From the IMG/VR virus record IMGVR_UViG_3300013426_000016, positions 1 to 64,000 of that record: DNA of 64,000 nt; one strand, given 5' to 3'. The stretch is from a virus (taxonomy: Duplodnaviria > Caudoviricetes). The position numbers were made by a program, and so were the translations under genes. The notes beneath the pieces were generated by a model. It saw nothing but the letters and a program-made list of their open reading frames with translations. It searched no databases and was not told the origin of the DNA. Shown here in pieces: positions 38,568 to 48,356 of the stretch; positions within the stretch are counted from its first letter, which is position 1; every line of letters starts with the position of its first letter.

Positions 38568-38827
38568 CTTAATATTTATATATTATGATTAAAAACTTTA
38601 ATATTATTTATTCCTACAAGGAAAATTTATACAACAATGAAACATTCAACTAAAAAATCCACAATTTTAACTAAAGACTATTCTCATTTAGACAACAATA
38701 CTTCAGTTTCTAAAGAAGAAAATAATTCTTCACAAGCTACAGAAATTACCTATCTTTCAATGGCCGATTTGACTATAGAAAAATATCTAGAAATATTGAA
38801 AGCAGCTTTTTTGGGTGAAAAAATAGA

Positions 38828-39286
38828 ATGTGGGAAGAACATCTAAAACGTGCAGAATTTTCTTTTGGAAAATATAAAGGAGAAGAAAATTTATCCCCTT
38901 TAGAAAAATGCGTTATATTAATGAAAGAACATAACTGTTCTTATAAACAAATTAGTTTACACCTCGGTTGCTTAAATAAAAAGTACATTAGAGAAATTTT
39001 ATTAAAATATAGACCCGATTTACTTAATATAAAAACTCCTCCAGTAAAAAAAGATTATATTGAAAAACGAGTTATAGGAATTATTTCTAAATATAAACAA
39101 ATTTCCTTTGACTTAGAAGAATTTGATAACTGTGATTTTTATATAGAAAACGGGGAATTGAAGTTTAAAACTGAAACTGATGATATTTATATTTTTAATG
39201 AATTTGACGAAAGGACTAAATTATCTATATTATATAATATAGCAAGACTTTTAAACATAGACATAAAAACAACAGAGTTTACATAA
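38828..39286 (+). CDS. Hypothetical protein with HTH-like segment
   Basis: SYKQISLHLG..NKKYIREIL. Confidence 0.55.
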   Translation: MWEEHLKRAEFSFGKYKGEENLSPLEKCVILMKEHNCSYKQISLHLGCLNKKYIREILLKYRPDLLNIKTPPVKKDYIEKRVIGIISKYKQISFDLEEFDNCDFYIENGELKFKTETDDIYIFNEFDERTKLSILYNIARLLNIDIKTTEFT

Positions 39287-39666
39287 TGAGAAAAACAAAA
39301 AAGTATTACAGAGATCTAATTAATAAAGATAAAAATTCTGCTTTTTCCATTGCAGAAGAAGTCATTACCAAATATGGAACCCACACCAAAACTCGTGGAG
39401 AAAGAACTGTTCTTGCAGAGTCTAGTTTTCCATGGAATTGTCAGGTACATGGATTTAGTATTTATAAAAAGAAATTTTATGTAGATATTTATTGGCAAGG
39501 AGATTCTACAGATGGTATAGCAGCCGTTCTTTTTAAAGATGCTATTAAGGGTACTACTATATATAGAGAAGTAGATGGTCCATATGAAATACATGGTAAT
39601 TTACAAATTACTTCAGAAATGGTATATGAAGCACTAAAAGATTTCGCTAAAAGATATTTAAATTAA
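39286..39666 (+). CDS. Hypothetical protein
   Basis: Coupled ORF. Confidence 0.55.
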   Translation: MRKTKKYYRDLINKDKNSAFSIAEEVITKYGTHTKTRGERTVLAESSFPWNCQVHGFSIYKKKFYVDIYWQGDSTDGIAAVLFKDAIKGTTIYREVDGPYEIHGNLQITSEMVYEALKDFAKRYLN

Positions 39667-39675
39667 TTTAATTTT

Positions 39676-40737
39676 ATGGATTTTAAAAAAGGTTATGAAT
39701 CTGGTAGATTTTCTGAGACTAAACTTTTTTTGGAAGAATATGGTGTACTTCCAAATAAAGTTGTGTTTAATTTAGAAGAGGACTCTTTTAATTTGGAAGA
39801 AATTACTCCAGAATTTATTAAAGAAAAGTTTCCCGAAGCTATTTACGCTAAAGTAGAAACTTTGGGAGAGGCAAATAATAACTCTGATGTAGAATTTTTC
39901 GATATAGAAACACTTACAACTCCATTCGATGAAAATTCTATTTCTTTATTCGAGGAAAAGTGTTTCACCTTTATATGTCCAGATAAACTTATTATTTGGT
40001 ATTGTGATCCTATAGATGTTGGCGCTAAATTAGAAGCTTCTCTTTCTATTTTGCCACGAACAAGAGAAGCATGTAAAGCAACAGAAGTTAAACTTGTAGC
40101 ATTTAATCAAGATTATTACACTATTTCTTCTAATATCAATCCTATGGAAATAGATATAAATGAAAATTATAATGACGATTTCTTTCCAGTTTATAAGGAT
40201 ATAGAAGAATTCCTTTTTAATAGAGAGAGTGGTTTAATTGTACTAAGAGGTAAAGTAGGCAGCGGTAAGACCTCTTTTATACGTCATTTAATTACAACTC
40301 ATCCAAATAATTATATTTTGGTAACAAATACTCTTGCAGAACATATAGCATCGCCAGAGTTTATTTCCTTTATGCTTGATAATAAGGATAGTGTATTTAT
40401 TTTGGAGGATTGTGAACAAATTTTGATGGATAGAAGTACTAACTTTAATGGTGCTATAGCTAATATATTGAACATGTCAGATGGGTTGCTGTCAGATATT
40501 TTTAATATAAAGTTTATTTGTACTTTTAATGCCGATATTAACAAAATTGATCCAGCTCTTTTAAGAAAAGGTCGTTGTTTTGCTAATTATGAATTTAAGC
40601 CATTGTGTTTAAAGAAAACAAATGCTCTTTTGAAAAAATTGAATCATCCAGAGAGTACAGTTCCTATGACCTTGGCAGAAATTTATAATTATAATGATAC
40701 TGATTGTAATGTGAAAACACAAAAAATGGGTTTCTAA
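39676..40737 (+). CDS. AAA+ ATPase (BCS1-like/classic AAA)
   Basis: GKVGSGKT, FILEDCE, LNMSDGL, IDPALLRKGR, KMGF end. Confidence 0.88.
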   Translation: MDFKKGYESGRFSETKLFLEEYGVLPNKVVFNLEEDSFNLEEITPEFIKEKFPEAIYAKVETLGEANNNSDVEFFDIETLTTPFDENSISLFEEKCFTFICPDKLIIWYCDPIDVGAKLEASLSILPRTREACKATEVKLVAFNQDYYTISSNINPMEIDINENYNDDFFPVYKDIEEFLFNRESGLIVLRGKVGSGKTSFIRHLITTHPNNYILVTNTLAEHIASPEFISFMLDNKDSVFILEDCEQILMDRSTNFNGAIANILNMSDGLLSDIFNIKFICTFNADINKIDPALLRKGRCFANYEFKPLCLKKTNALLKKLNHPESTVPMTLAEIYNYNDTDCNVKTQKMGF

Positions 40738-42323
40738 TGATTAATGAATTATTGTTTGAACAAGATGCACGAAAAAAGATTAAAGCTGGTATAAATACTG
40801 TGGCTGAAGCAGTTAAATCCACTTTAGGGCCTAAAGGAAAGTGTGTTGTGATTAAAGATCTTAATGGAAAAATAAAACTCACTAAAGATGGGGTTTCTGT
40901 AGCAAAAGAAATTAATTTGAGTGATTCCTTTGAAGATACTGGAGCACAACTTATAAAACAAGCAGCCATTAAAACTTTAACTGCTGTAGGAGATGCTACA
41001 ACCACAAGTACCATACTCGCACAAGATCTTATAAATAGAGGAGATGAAGTTCTTACAGACTCTAATTTTCCTAAATTGCAGCAAGGTATTTCTCTTGGTC
41101 TAGAACGAGCACTTGAATATATAAAGAAAGAAGCACGATCTATAAAGCAAAATGATTTGCAAAGCGTTGCTACTGTTTCAGCAAATAATGATTATGAAAT
41201 TGGAGAAATCATTGCTAGAGCGTTTAAGAAAATTGGTAAAGATGGAGTAATTTCTGTAGACGAATCTACTAATTATCAGACTTATGTGGATGTAACTACT
41301 GGAATGCAATTTGATAAAGGATATATTTCTAATCATTTTGTAACCGATGTAATTAAAGATACCTGTATTCTTGAAAATCCTTATATTCTTATTACAGAGG
41401 AAAAGATTACAAAGATGTCTAGTATAGCTCCTCTTTTAAATGAAGTTGCTTCTGAAAATAAAGCTATTCTTTTAATTGCTTCTGATTATAGTGAAAATGT
41501 TCTAGAAGCTCTTCGTTTAAATGTATTAAATGGAGTAATTAAACTTTGTGCAGTTAAAACTCCAACGTTTGGAGAATATAGAAAAGCGTTTTTGCAAGAT
41601 ATTGCCATTCTTACTAAAGGTAGAAGTATTAATTATGATATGGGATTGGAAATAGAAGATATAACTATTTCTGATTTAGGTCAGTGTAAAAAAGTAATCG
41701 TAAATAAGGATACTACTACTATTATAGGAGGAGAAGGTGATATTGATAATAGAGTAAAAGAACTTAAAGAAGATCTTGCTCGAATTAAGGCAGATGCCAC
41801 TATGGATGGCAGTTTTATGATTGATTTTCTTAATCAGAGAATTGCTAAACTTACTGGAGGTATTGCTAGAATTTATGTAGGAGGAACTACAGAACTCGAA
41901 CTTAAAGAAAGGAAGGATAGAGTTGAAGATGCAGTTGCTGCTACTAAAGCTGCTATAGAAGAAGGAATTGTAGTAGGAGGAGGATTAACTTATTATAACA
42001 TTTATAATTATCTGGACCAAAATTATCCAAGTGATTTAGATGTTAAACTTGGTTATGAAATCTTTAGAAATGCTTTACTTGCCCCACTTCACCAACTGTT
42101 TAAGAATAACGGCATTGTTACAGAAAAAGAGATTGAGAAATATACTTCTCAATTTACTGATAAAATTGGATATGATGCCAAAAATAACCTCATTACAGAC
42201 CTTTATAGAAGTGGGATAATAGATCCTGCCAAAGCAGCCAAACATGCTCTTAAAAATGCCGTTTCTGTGGCAAATTTATACCTTTCTATTTCTTGTGTAA
42301 TCAGCCCAATTATTGTTCAGTAA
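40737..42323 (+). CDS. groEL: Phage chaperonin (GroEL/Cpn60 family)
   Basis: TLGPKG, TKDGVSVAKEI, GDATTT, GMQFDKGY.S, RIAKLTGG, DRVEDAV.ATKAAIEEGIV.GGG, GIIDP.K. Confidence 0.95.
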   Translation: MINELLFEQDARKKIKAGINTVAEAVKSTLGPKGKCVVIKDLNGKIKLTKDGVSVAKEINLSDSFEDTGAQLIKQAAIKTLTAVGDATTTSTILAQDLINRGDEVLTDSNFPKLQQGISLGLERALEYIKKEARSIKQNDLQSVATVSANNDYEIGEIIARAFKKIGKDGVISVDESTNYQTYVDVTTGMQFDKGYISNHFVTDVIKDTCILENPYILITEEKITKMSSIAPLLNEVASENKAILLIASDYSENVLEALRLNVLNGVIKLCAVKTPTFGEYRKAFLQDIAILTKGRSINYDMGLEIEDITISDLGQCKKVIVNKDTTTIIGGEGDIDNRVKELKEDLARIKADATMDGSFMIDFLNQRIAKLTGGIARIYVGGTTELELKERKDRVEDAVAATKAAIEEGIVVGGGLTYYNIYNYLDQNYPSDLDVKLGYEIFRNALLAPLHQLFKNNGIVTEKEIEKYTSQFTDKIGYDAKNNLITDLYRSGIIDPAKAAKHALKNAVSVANLYLSISCVISPIIVQ

Positions 42324-42610
42324 TGTTACAATTTCCAGAAAAAATATATCTTCATAATTTAGGTCACGCCTATAGTTCATTTAAAAGAGAACTTATTTAT
42401 AAAGATATTAAAGGTGATGTAGCAAGATACGTAGCTACAGAAGTTTCTCGTATTATAGGAAATCTTGATGATATACAAGCAATTGACTTCGATGGGGGCC
42501 CTTTCTTAGGAGTAGGAGATTCTCTTTTTAATTCTTTTGTAATTACAGGCTTTGTAAGAGATAAGAAAACTAAAGAGATTTTAGTACTTTTGACAAAATG
42601 TTCTATTTAA
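42323..42610 (+). CDS. Hypothetical protein
   Basis: TAATG-coupled start MLQFPEK; IDFDGGP motif. Confidence 0.55.
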   Translation: MLQFPEKIYLHNLGHAYSSFKRELIYKDIKGDVARYVATEVSRIIGNLDDIQAIDFDGGPFLGVGDSLFNSFVITGFVRDKKTKEILVLLTKCSI

Positions 42611-42975
42611 ACTTAATTTTAATACTTGCTATTTCTTGGTTTTTAGGACAGGATAGAGCAAAGGCAGGTAAAGCAATAGGTTTCCGCTCATTATGTATAG
42701 TAATGTTAGGAGCTTATTGTTTTACATATTCAGCTTATATGCCTTCTGGAGGAATTGATTACCATGTTATTGCACAAATAGTTTCTGGTATTTCTTTCGT
42801 AGGAGCTGGATTAATTTTTAAGGACAAAAGTGTCCATAATTTAACTACTGCAATTCTAGTCTGGGCCTCTGCAAGTATAGCAGTATTATTAGGTTTAAAT
42901 AAGATTTTAGAAGCAGTAACTATAACTATTATAATTCGATTAGTTTTACTTTATAAAAAGAAAGAAAAATGTTGA
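42598..42975 (+). CDS. MgtC/SapB-family membrane protein
   Basis: G.DR....K..GFRS..IV.LGA, IAQIVSGISFVGAG.I, LTTA..VW. Confidence 0.85.
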   Translation: MFYLNLILILAISWFLGQDRAKAGKAIGFRSLCIVMLGAYCFTYSAYMPSGGIDYHVIAQIVSGISFVGAGLIFKDKSVHNLTTAILVWASASIAVLLGLNKILEAVTITIIIRLVLLYKKKEKC

Positions 42976-43340
42976 AAGAACGATTTTATTATGGCAGAGA
43001 GTATAAGCTAGCAAATATACCTTGCCTTATTTCTGACAGAGGAGAACTGCTTGCTACTGGCGAACCTCTACAAGTTAAGAGTCTTCCAAGGATTACTATT
43101 TGTGGCATTTGGGATACTAATACTAATATTATGTATTTTGGAGTTTCTAGATGTAGTGCAAGAGACCATTTTGATAAAAGAATTGGTAGAGATATTGCTT
43201 ATTCTCGTGCTCTAAATAAACCATTTAAAGTGGTTAAGATTCCTCCTACTTTGCATGTAAGTGATACTTTTATGTCTACTGCCAAGCTTATAGAGGAAGA
43301 AGTTATGAGTATGGTATATCCTATTAACCTTAATGGATAG
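42969..43340 (+). CDS. Hypothetical phage protein (CS..D.F.K.IGR.IA family)
   Basis: Conserved motif. Confidence 0.65.
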   Translation: MLKERFYYGREYKLANIPCLISDRGELLATGEPLQVKSLPRITICGIWDTNTNIMYFGVSRCSARDHFDKRIGRDIAYSRALNKPFKVVKIPPTLHVSDTFMSTAKLIEEEVMSMVYPINLNG

Positions 43341-43785
43341 CTATACCATTTATTGTGATGGTTCTTACCAAGCTTCTATAGAATGTGGTGGCTGAAGTGC
43401 TATTATTATAAAAGACGATACTATTATAAAGAAACTTTATTGTGGTTGTAAACATACTACAAATAATAGAATGGAACTAAAGGGAGTTTTAGAAGCTTTA
43501 AAATATTTTAAAACTCCCTCTATTCTCACCATTTATTCAGATTCTCAGTATGTAGTTAATTCTATTAATGCAAAACAAGTATATAAATGATTTGAAGAGC
43601 ATGATTATTCTAAGAAAAACTTAGACTTGTGATTTGAGATCATTGATTTACTTGACTTTCATACAGTTAACTTTATATGAGTAAAGGGGCATAATAAAAA
43701 CAAATATAATGAGTTAGCTGATTTATTAGCAGTTCATGCCGCACAGTGTCTTAATTTAGAAGAAGATGTTCCAATTAGTATTTAA
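43333..43785 (+). CDS. rnhA: Ribonuclease HI (TGA=Trp; 150 aa)
   Basis: IYCDGS, GG*SA, TNNRMEL, SDSQY, NLDL*, *VKGH, NELAD; all four Trp positions are TGA. Confidence 0.93.
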
Positions 43786-44131
43786 AAAAGTAGGAAATCA
43801 TTGGTATTTAGATATTCCTCATGAAAATCCATCTGACTTAAAACTAGATAGAAGAATTGAGTTCCTATTAACAAAAGCAGATAAATATAACGATAAAATA
43901 GTTACTGTTTATTTGCATGAGTTAACAGATGTTATTATAGAAGAAGGTTTAATCCAGTTTCAGGAAAGTGATTTTCAGAGGTATTTCTTAACTAACGATG
44001 ACTTTCAAATGAAAATGTGGATAAATAATAGAAAATTTACTATTTCTAGTAGTTTATACACATTAATCGAGAATTATTATCACTTAGATTTACACTTAGT
44101 TGCTTATAGAATAAGTTTATATGGAATTTAA
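43766..44131 (+). CDS. Hypothetical protein
   Basis: F.K...HWYLDIP motif. Confidence 0.6.
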   Translation: MFQLVFKKVGNHWYLDIPHENPSDLKLDRRIEFLLTKADKYNDKIVTVYLHELTDVIIEEGLIQFQESDFQRYFLTNDDFQMKMWINNRKFTISSSLYTLIENYYHLDLHLVAYRISLYGI

Positions 44132-44253
44132 AAAAATTGATGAAGTAGAAGCTTCTATTAAGGAGAGTTATATTAAAATCCTTAAGGAAAGAATTAGTCT
44201 TATGAAACAGTCCATTGTTGCTATTGAGGACGCTTTAGATTATCTTATAGAAG

Positions 44254-44571
44254 ATGCTACAAAAGAGAGTCATTAAAGCTAAAGTAATGGCAATTAGAAA
44301 GGACCTTTACTCCAAATATGTATTTCAGAATATTGATGAGGCAGAAAACAGTTTATATAGATATTTAACTGTTACAAGATGTCCAAATTGAAAAGAACCA
44401 GAAGATTTACGTGTGGGAGATGAAGGTTTTTTAGAATACGAAGATGTTAAAAAAGGAGATATTTATAAAGATAAAATAACAGGTGAAGATAAACAAATCC
44501 AGTATGATAACCTTTATTTTATGAACTTTGTAAAACAAATAAAAGATAATGTAAAAGAATATAGTTTTTAA
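44254..44571 (+). CDS. Hypothetical protein (TGA=Trp; 105 aa)
   Basis: One in-frame TGA (CPN*K); fills the intergenic gap exactly. Confidence 0.6.
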
Positions 44572-44572
44572 T

Positions 44573-45424
44573 ATGAAAGATATAAAGAAGATGACAGAAT
44601 TTGGAGAAACACTTAATACAGCACTTAACTCAGTTAATATGTATGTATGAAAGACATATAATGGTACAGAAGTAAAGCTTATAGAAATGACACCAAAAGC
44701 TCTACAAAAAGCTTATAATCATGTAAATGAAATGCTTTATAATAAGAGTAAACTTACACCAGGTAAGTACCAAGTAAAGAAGAATATACAGAATTATATG
44801 GCTAGTTGTAATGCAGAGTTGTTCATGCGTTATTTGCTTTACGAATGTAACATTGATTGTCTTAAAACAAATATCCAAATTATCGATTTTCTTAGAGAGA
44901 GTAAACGAGCTAATAATTTGAGTTCTACAGATTCAGTTACTACCGTATTTTCTAATGCACCGAGAGAATTTGAAACTGTCACCATTGGGCAACTTTTAGA
45001 TGCCTGTTTAGATAGATTGGGAGTATTTAATCGCAAAATGCTTACTGATAGTTTTATCCTTGCACAAGGTATTTGGCTAACAGATGCTGAAAAGAAAGAT
45101 CTTACGGAGTACGATGATAATGGAAACAAAAAACCATGAATTAATGTAATTAAGGAAAGACTTATGCTCCCAGTAGGAACTAAACTGAAACTTAATTCTC
45201 ATGGACTTTCTTACAAGGAATTTAGAGCTATTATACATCTTACAGAACTTCCAAAGTTCTCGAGCCTTCCAACAGATACTCTTCTTTTACTTAGAGACAA
45301 GATATTTGTACTTCTTGATTACGATACTGATTTCTTTATTGAGAAATGGTTGAAACTGAAATCACAAATAGAAGAAGTAGCTAAGGAAAGAGAAATTTCA
45401 CTATACTCTTCAGAACAAAAGTAA
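44573..45424 (+). CDS. Conserved hypothetical protein (TGA=Trp; ~283 aa)
   Basis: Joins track ORFs 44687 and 45164 in one frame; TAATG overlap with PolA. Confidence 0.7.
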
Positions 45425-47448
45425 TGATTTTATATTTAAGTAATCAGACACCTTTAATAGAAGACAGTAGATATAGACTTACTACAGTCGAAGAGGTCTT
45501 AGATTTATTTAAAGATATAAAATTAGTACAATTTGACACTGAAACAGATGGATTAAATCCTCATTTAAAACAGTTAATGACTCTTCAGATAGGTTCTGAT
45601 AAAATAGATACTAGAGTGGTTATAGATTGTACTACTGTAGATATACACCTATTTAAAGAGTTCTTGGAAAGCAAAATGCTTGTTTGTCATAATGGTAAAT
45701 TTGATTTACAGTTTCTTTATAAACAAGGAATTGTTCCAAGAAAAATTTACGATACTATGATTGCAGAACAACTTTTATATTTAGGTTATAGACCTGGTTA
45801 TATAAGTTATAGTTTAAAAGCTTGTGCTGAACGATATCTTGGTATAGATATAGATAAAACTGTTAGAGGGCAAATACGTTGAAGAGGAATAGATGCAGAA
45901 GTAATTGTTTATGGAGCAGGAGATGTAACTTATTTAGAGCAAATAATGTGAAAACAGTATGCTGAAGCAAAACGACAAAATTGCCTTAAAGGCGTACAAA
46001 TAGAATGTGAAGCCGTTCCTGCCATTGCCTATTTAGAATATTGCGGTATTTGTCTTGATGCTAAGAAATGGGAAGAAAAAATTATTAAAAATAAAAAATT
46101 AGTTGTAGAGTATAAAGAGCAATTAAATAATTTTGTAGTTTCTTTAAATGAAGGAAATAATCCTTTTTGTTATTTAGATCCACAAGGAGATCTTTTTTCT
46201 GGTTTTTCTGATAAACCTTCTTGTATAATAGATTGAAATAGTCCAGCACAAGTAACAGCTTTGGCTAAGTATTTAGGTTTTGATACTTCCACTCAGGATA
46301 AGAAAACAGGAAAAGATAAAGACTCTGTAATGGAAAAAGCATTAAAACCTCAGAAGGGAATTAATGACGAATTTTTAAAATTATATTTTGCATATAAAGA
46401 AGCTGCAAAGGAAGTCTCTTCATTTGGATATGGGCATATAAATGCAGTAAATCCTCTTACTAATTGTATACATACTACTTGAAGACAAATAGGAACTGCC
46501 TCAGGAAGAATGTCCTGTGGTGAAGGTACACATCCAGATGAAGAACTCGCTCAGTATAAGCATTTACCTAAGGGTGCTTGTCCTAAAGTTAATTTACAAC
46601 AATTACCTGCGGACGAAGAAACTAGAAGTTGTTTTATCTCTCCTCCTGGGCATTTAATGGTAAGTGCAGATTTCAGCGCTGAGGAAAGTCGTTTGGCAGC
46701 AGAAATTTATAATGAACCTGTTCTACTTGAGGAGTTTTTACATGGAAGTGGAGATGTGCATAGTGTATTTGCAAAGACTTTTTTTGCTAAAGAGCTAGAA
46801 GGAGTTCCGGTAAAAGACATTAAAGAAAAGTATCCAGAGTGAAGAAAGTTAGCAAAAGGTCCAGAATTTGCACTTTCTTTTGGTGGAGGCACAGGCCCTA
46901 TAAAATCTATTGTTCAGTGTTCGGAAGAAAGAGCACAAGAAATTTATAATAATTACCAAAAAAACATGAAGGCAACTTGTGATTTTGCAAGAAAAGGAGC
47001 TTTATTTGTTAAATCTCATGGTTATATTATTATAGATCCATATTCGGGAAATCGAATGCACTGAGCAGATTGAAAGGACTGATATAAAGAAGAACAACTA
47101 ATGAAATATGGAGGATATAACTCATTTTCTAAAGAACAACAAAATGAGCATCGAAAAACAGGTGCCTATTGGGAAAGAATGGCTAGAAATGCAGTAACAC
47201 AAGGTTCTGGAGCTGTAATATTAAAAATAGCCTTAAAGAATTTATTTGACTATATAATAGATAATAATTATTTTAATAAAATTAAAATTGTTGCCGCAGT
47301 ACACGATGAAATTGTTTGTACTTTTCCAGAAGAAAATAAAGATTTTCCAAAAATATTAGAACAAACTATGGAAAATGCAGCAGCAGTTTTAGTACATAAA
47401 TTACCTATACCAGCTGAAGCTAGTGTAGGAAATCATTGAATACATTAA
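45424..47448 (+). CDS. polA: Family A DNA polymerase with 3'-5' exonuclease (TGA=Trp; 674 aa)
   Basis: FDTETDG, HNGKFD, DTMIAE, D*NSPAQV, TASGRMS, NLQQLP, SADFSAEESR, R..AKGPEFA, N...QG, VHDE; four track fragments in one frame separated only by TGA (9 counted). Confidence 0.93.
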
Positions 47449-48356
47449 TGAAAATAAATTTACACCTTTTAAGAACTCTTTATTTGATTAATAGAGGGTC
47501 TAAAACAGAAGCTCCTATGCTTAATTTTATTTTAAATTATTGTAGGAATCTGAAAAATGTAGACATAGAAATAGATAATGAAAAAAATCTGTTTATAACT
47601 AAGAATACTACAAATCCTCTTTATATGCCTTGTATCATAGCGCATATGGACACTGTATTTGATTATGATTTTGAAAGAGAGCTTGTACAGAAAGGAAATT
47701 TTATTACAGCCAGAGATGCTAAAACAAAGGCTCCTTGTGGTTTAATGGCAGATGATTCTAATGGTATTTATTGTGCTTTGAGATTACTCGATATTATGCC
47801 AAATATTAAAATCTGTTTTACAACACAAGAAGAAATAGGAGGAATTGGAGCTGTAGTAGCTACTGAAAACACAGAGTTCTTTAATAATGTAAATTTCTTT
47901 TTACAGGCAGACAGAAGAGGGAACTCTAACATAATCACTTTTACAAATGGAAGAAAAATTGTTTCAGATAAATTTGTAGAAGATATAACACCTATAATTA
48001 AAAGGTATAATTATTCTACTACAAATGGTATTTTTACCGATATAGGAGAAATTGCCTTTTGGTGTGGTATTTCTGGAATTAATATTTCTTGTGGGTATTA
48101 TAATGAGCATACGGTAAATGAAACTTGTAATACAGTTGAATTACATAATTGTCTTTATCTTATGAGAGAATTAATAAATACTCTTAAAGATAAAGAACCA
48201 TATAAAGTAGAATTTGCTCCAAATAAAGATCTTGATAGATCTCTGTTGAAGTATAATGACTATTTCTCATATAATACACATGATTATCTGTTTGAACCTC
48301 TTCCTTGTGACACCTGTTCAGATATGGACTGTATGAATTGTACCAAAACATTTTAA
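47448..48356 (+). CDS. Zn-dependent peptidase (M20/M28/M42-like)
   Basis: AHMDTV, ADD.NG, EEIGG.G, DRRG, GYYNEHT; ATG overlaps the PolA TAA. Confidence 0.8.
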   Translation: MKINLHLLRTLYLINRGSKTEAPMLNFILNYCRNLKNVDIEIDNEKNLFITKNTTNPLYMPCIIAHMDTVFDYDFERELVQKGNFITARDAKTKAPCGLMADDSNGIYCALRLLDIMPNIKICFTTQEEIGGIGAVVATENTEFFNNVNFFLQADRRGNSNIITFTNGRKIVSDKFVEDITPIIKRYNYSTTNGIFTDIGEIAFWCGISGINISCGYYNEHTVNETCNTVELHNCLYLMRELINTLKDKEPYKVEFAPNKDLDRSLLKYNDYFSYNTHDYLFEPLPCDTCSDMDCMNCTKTF

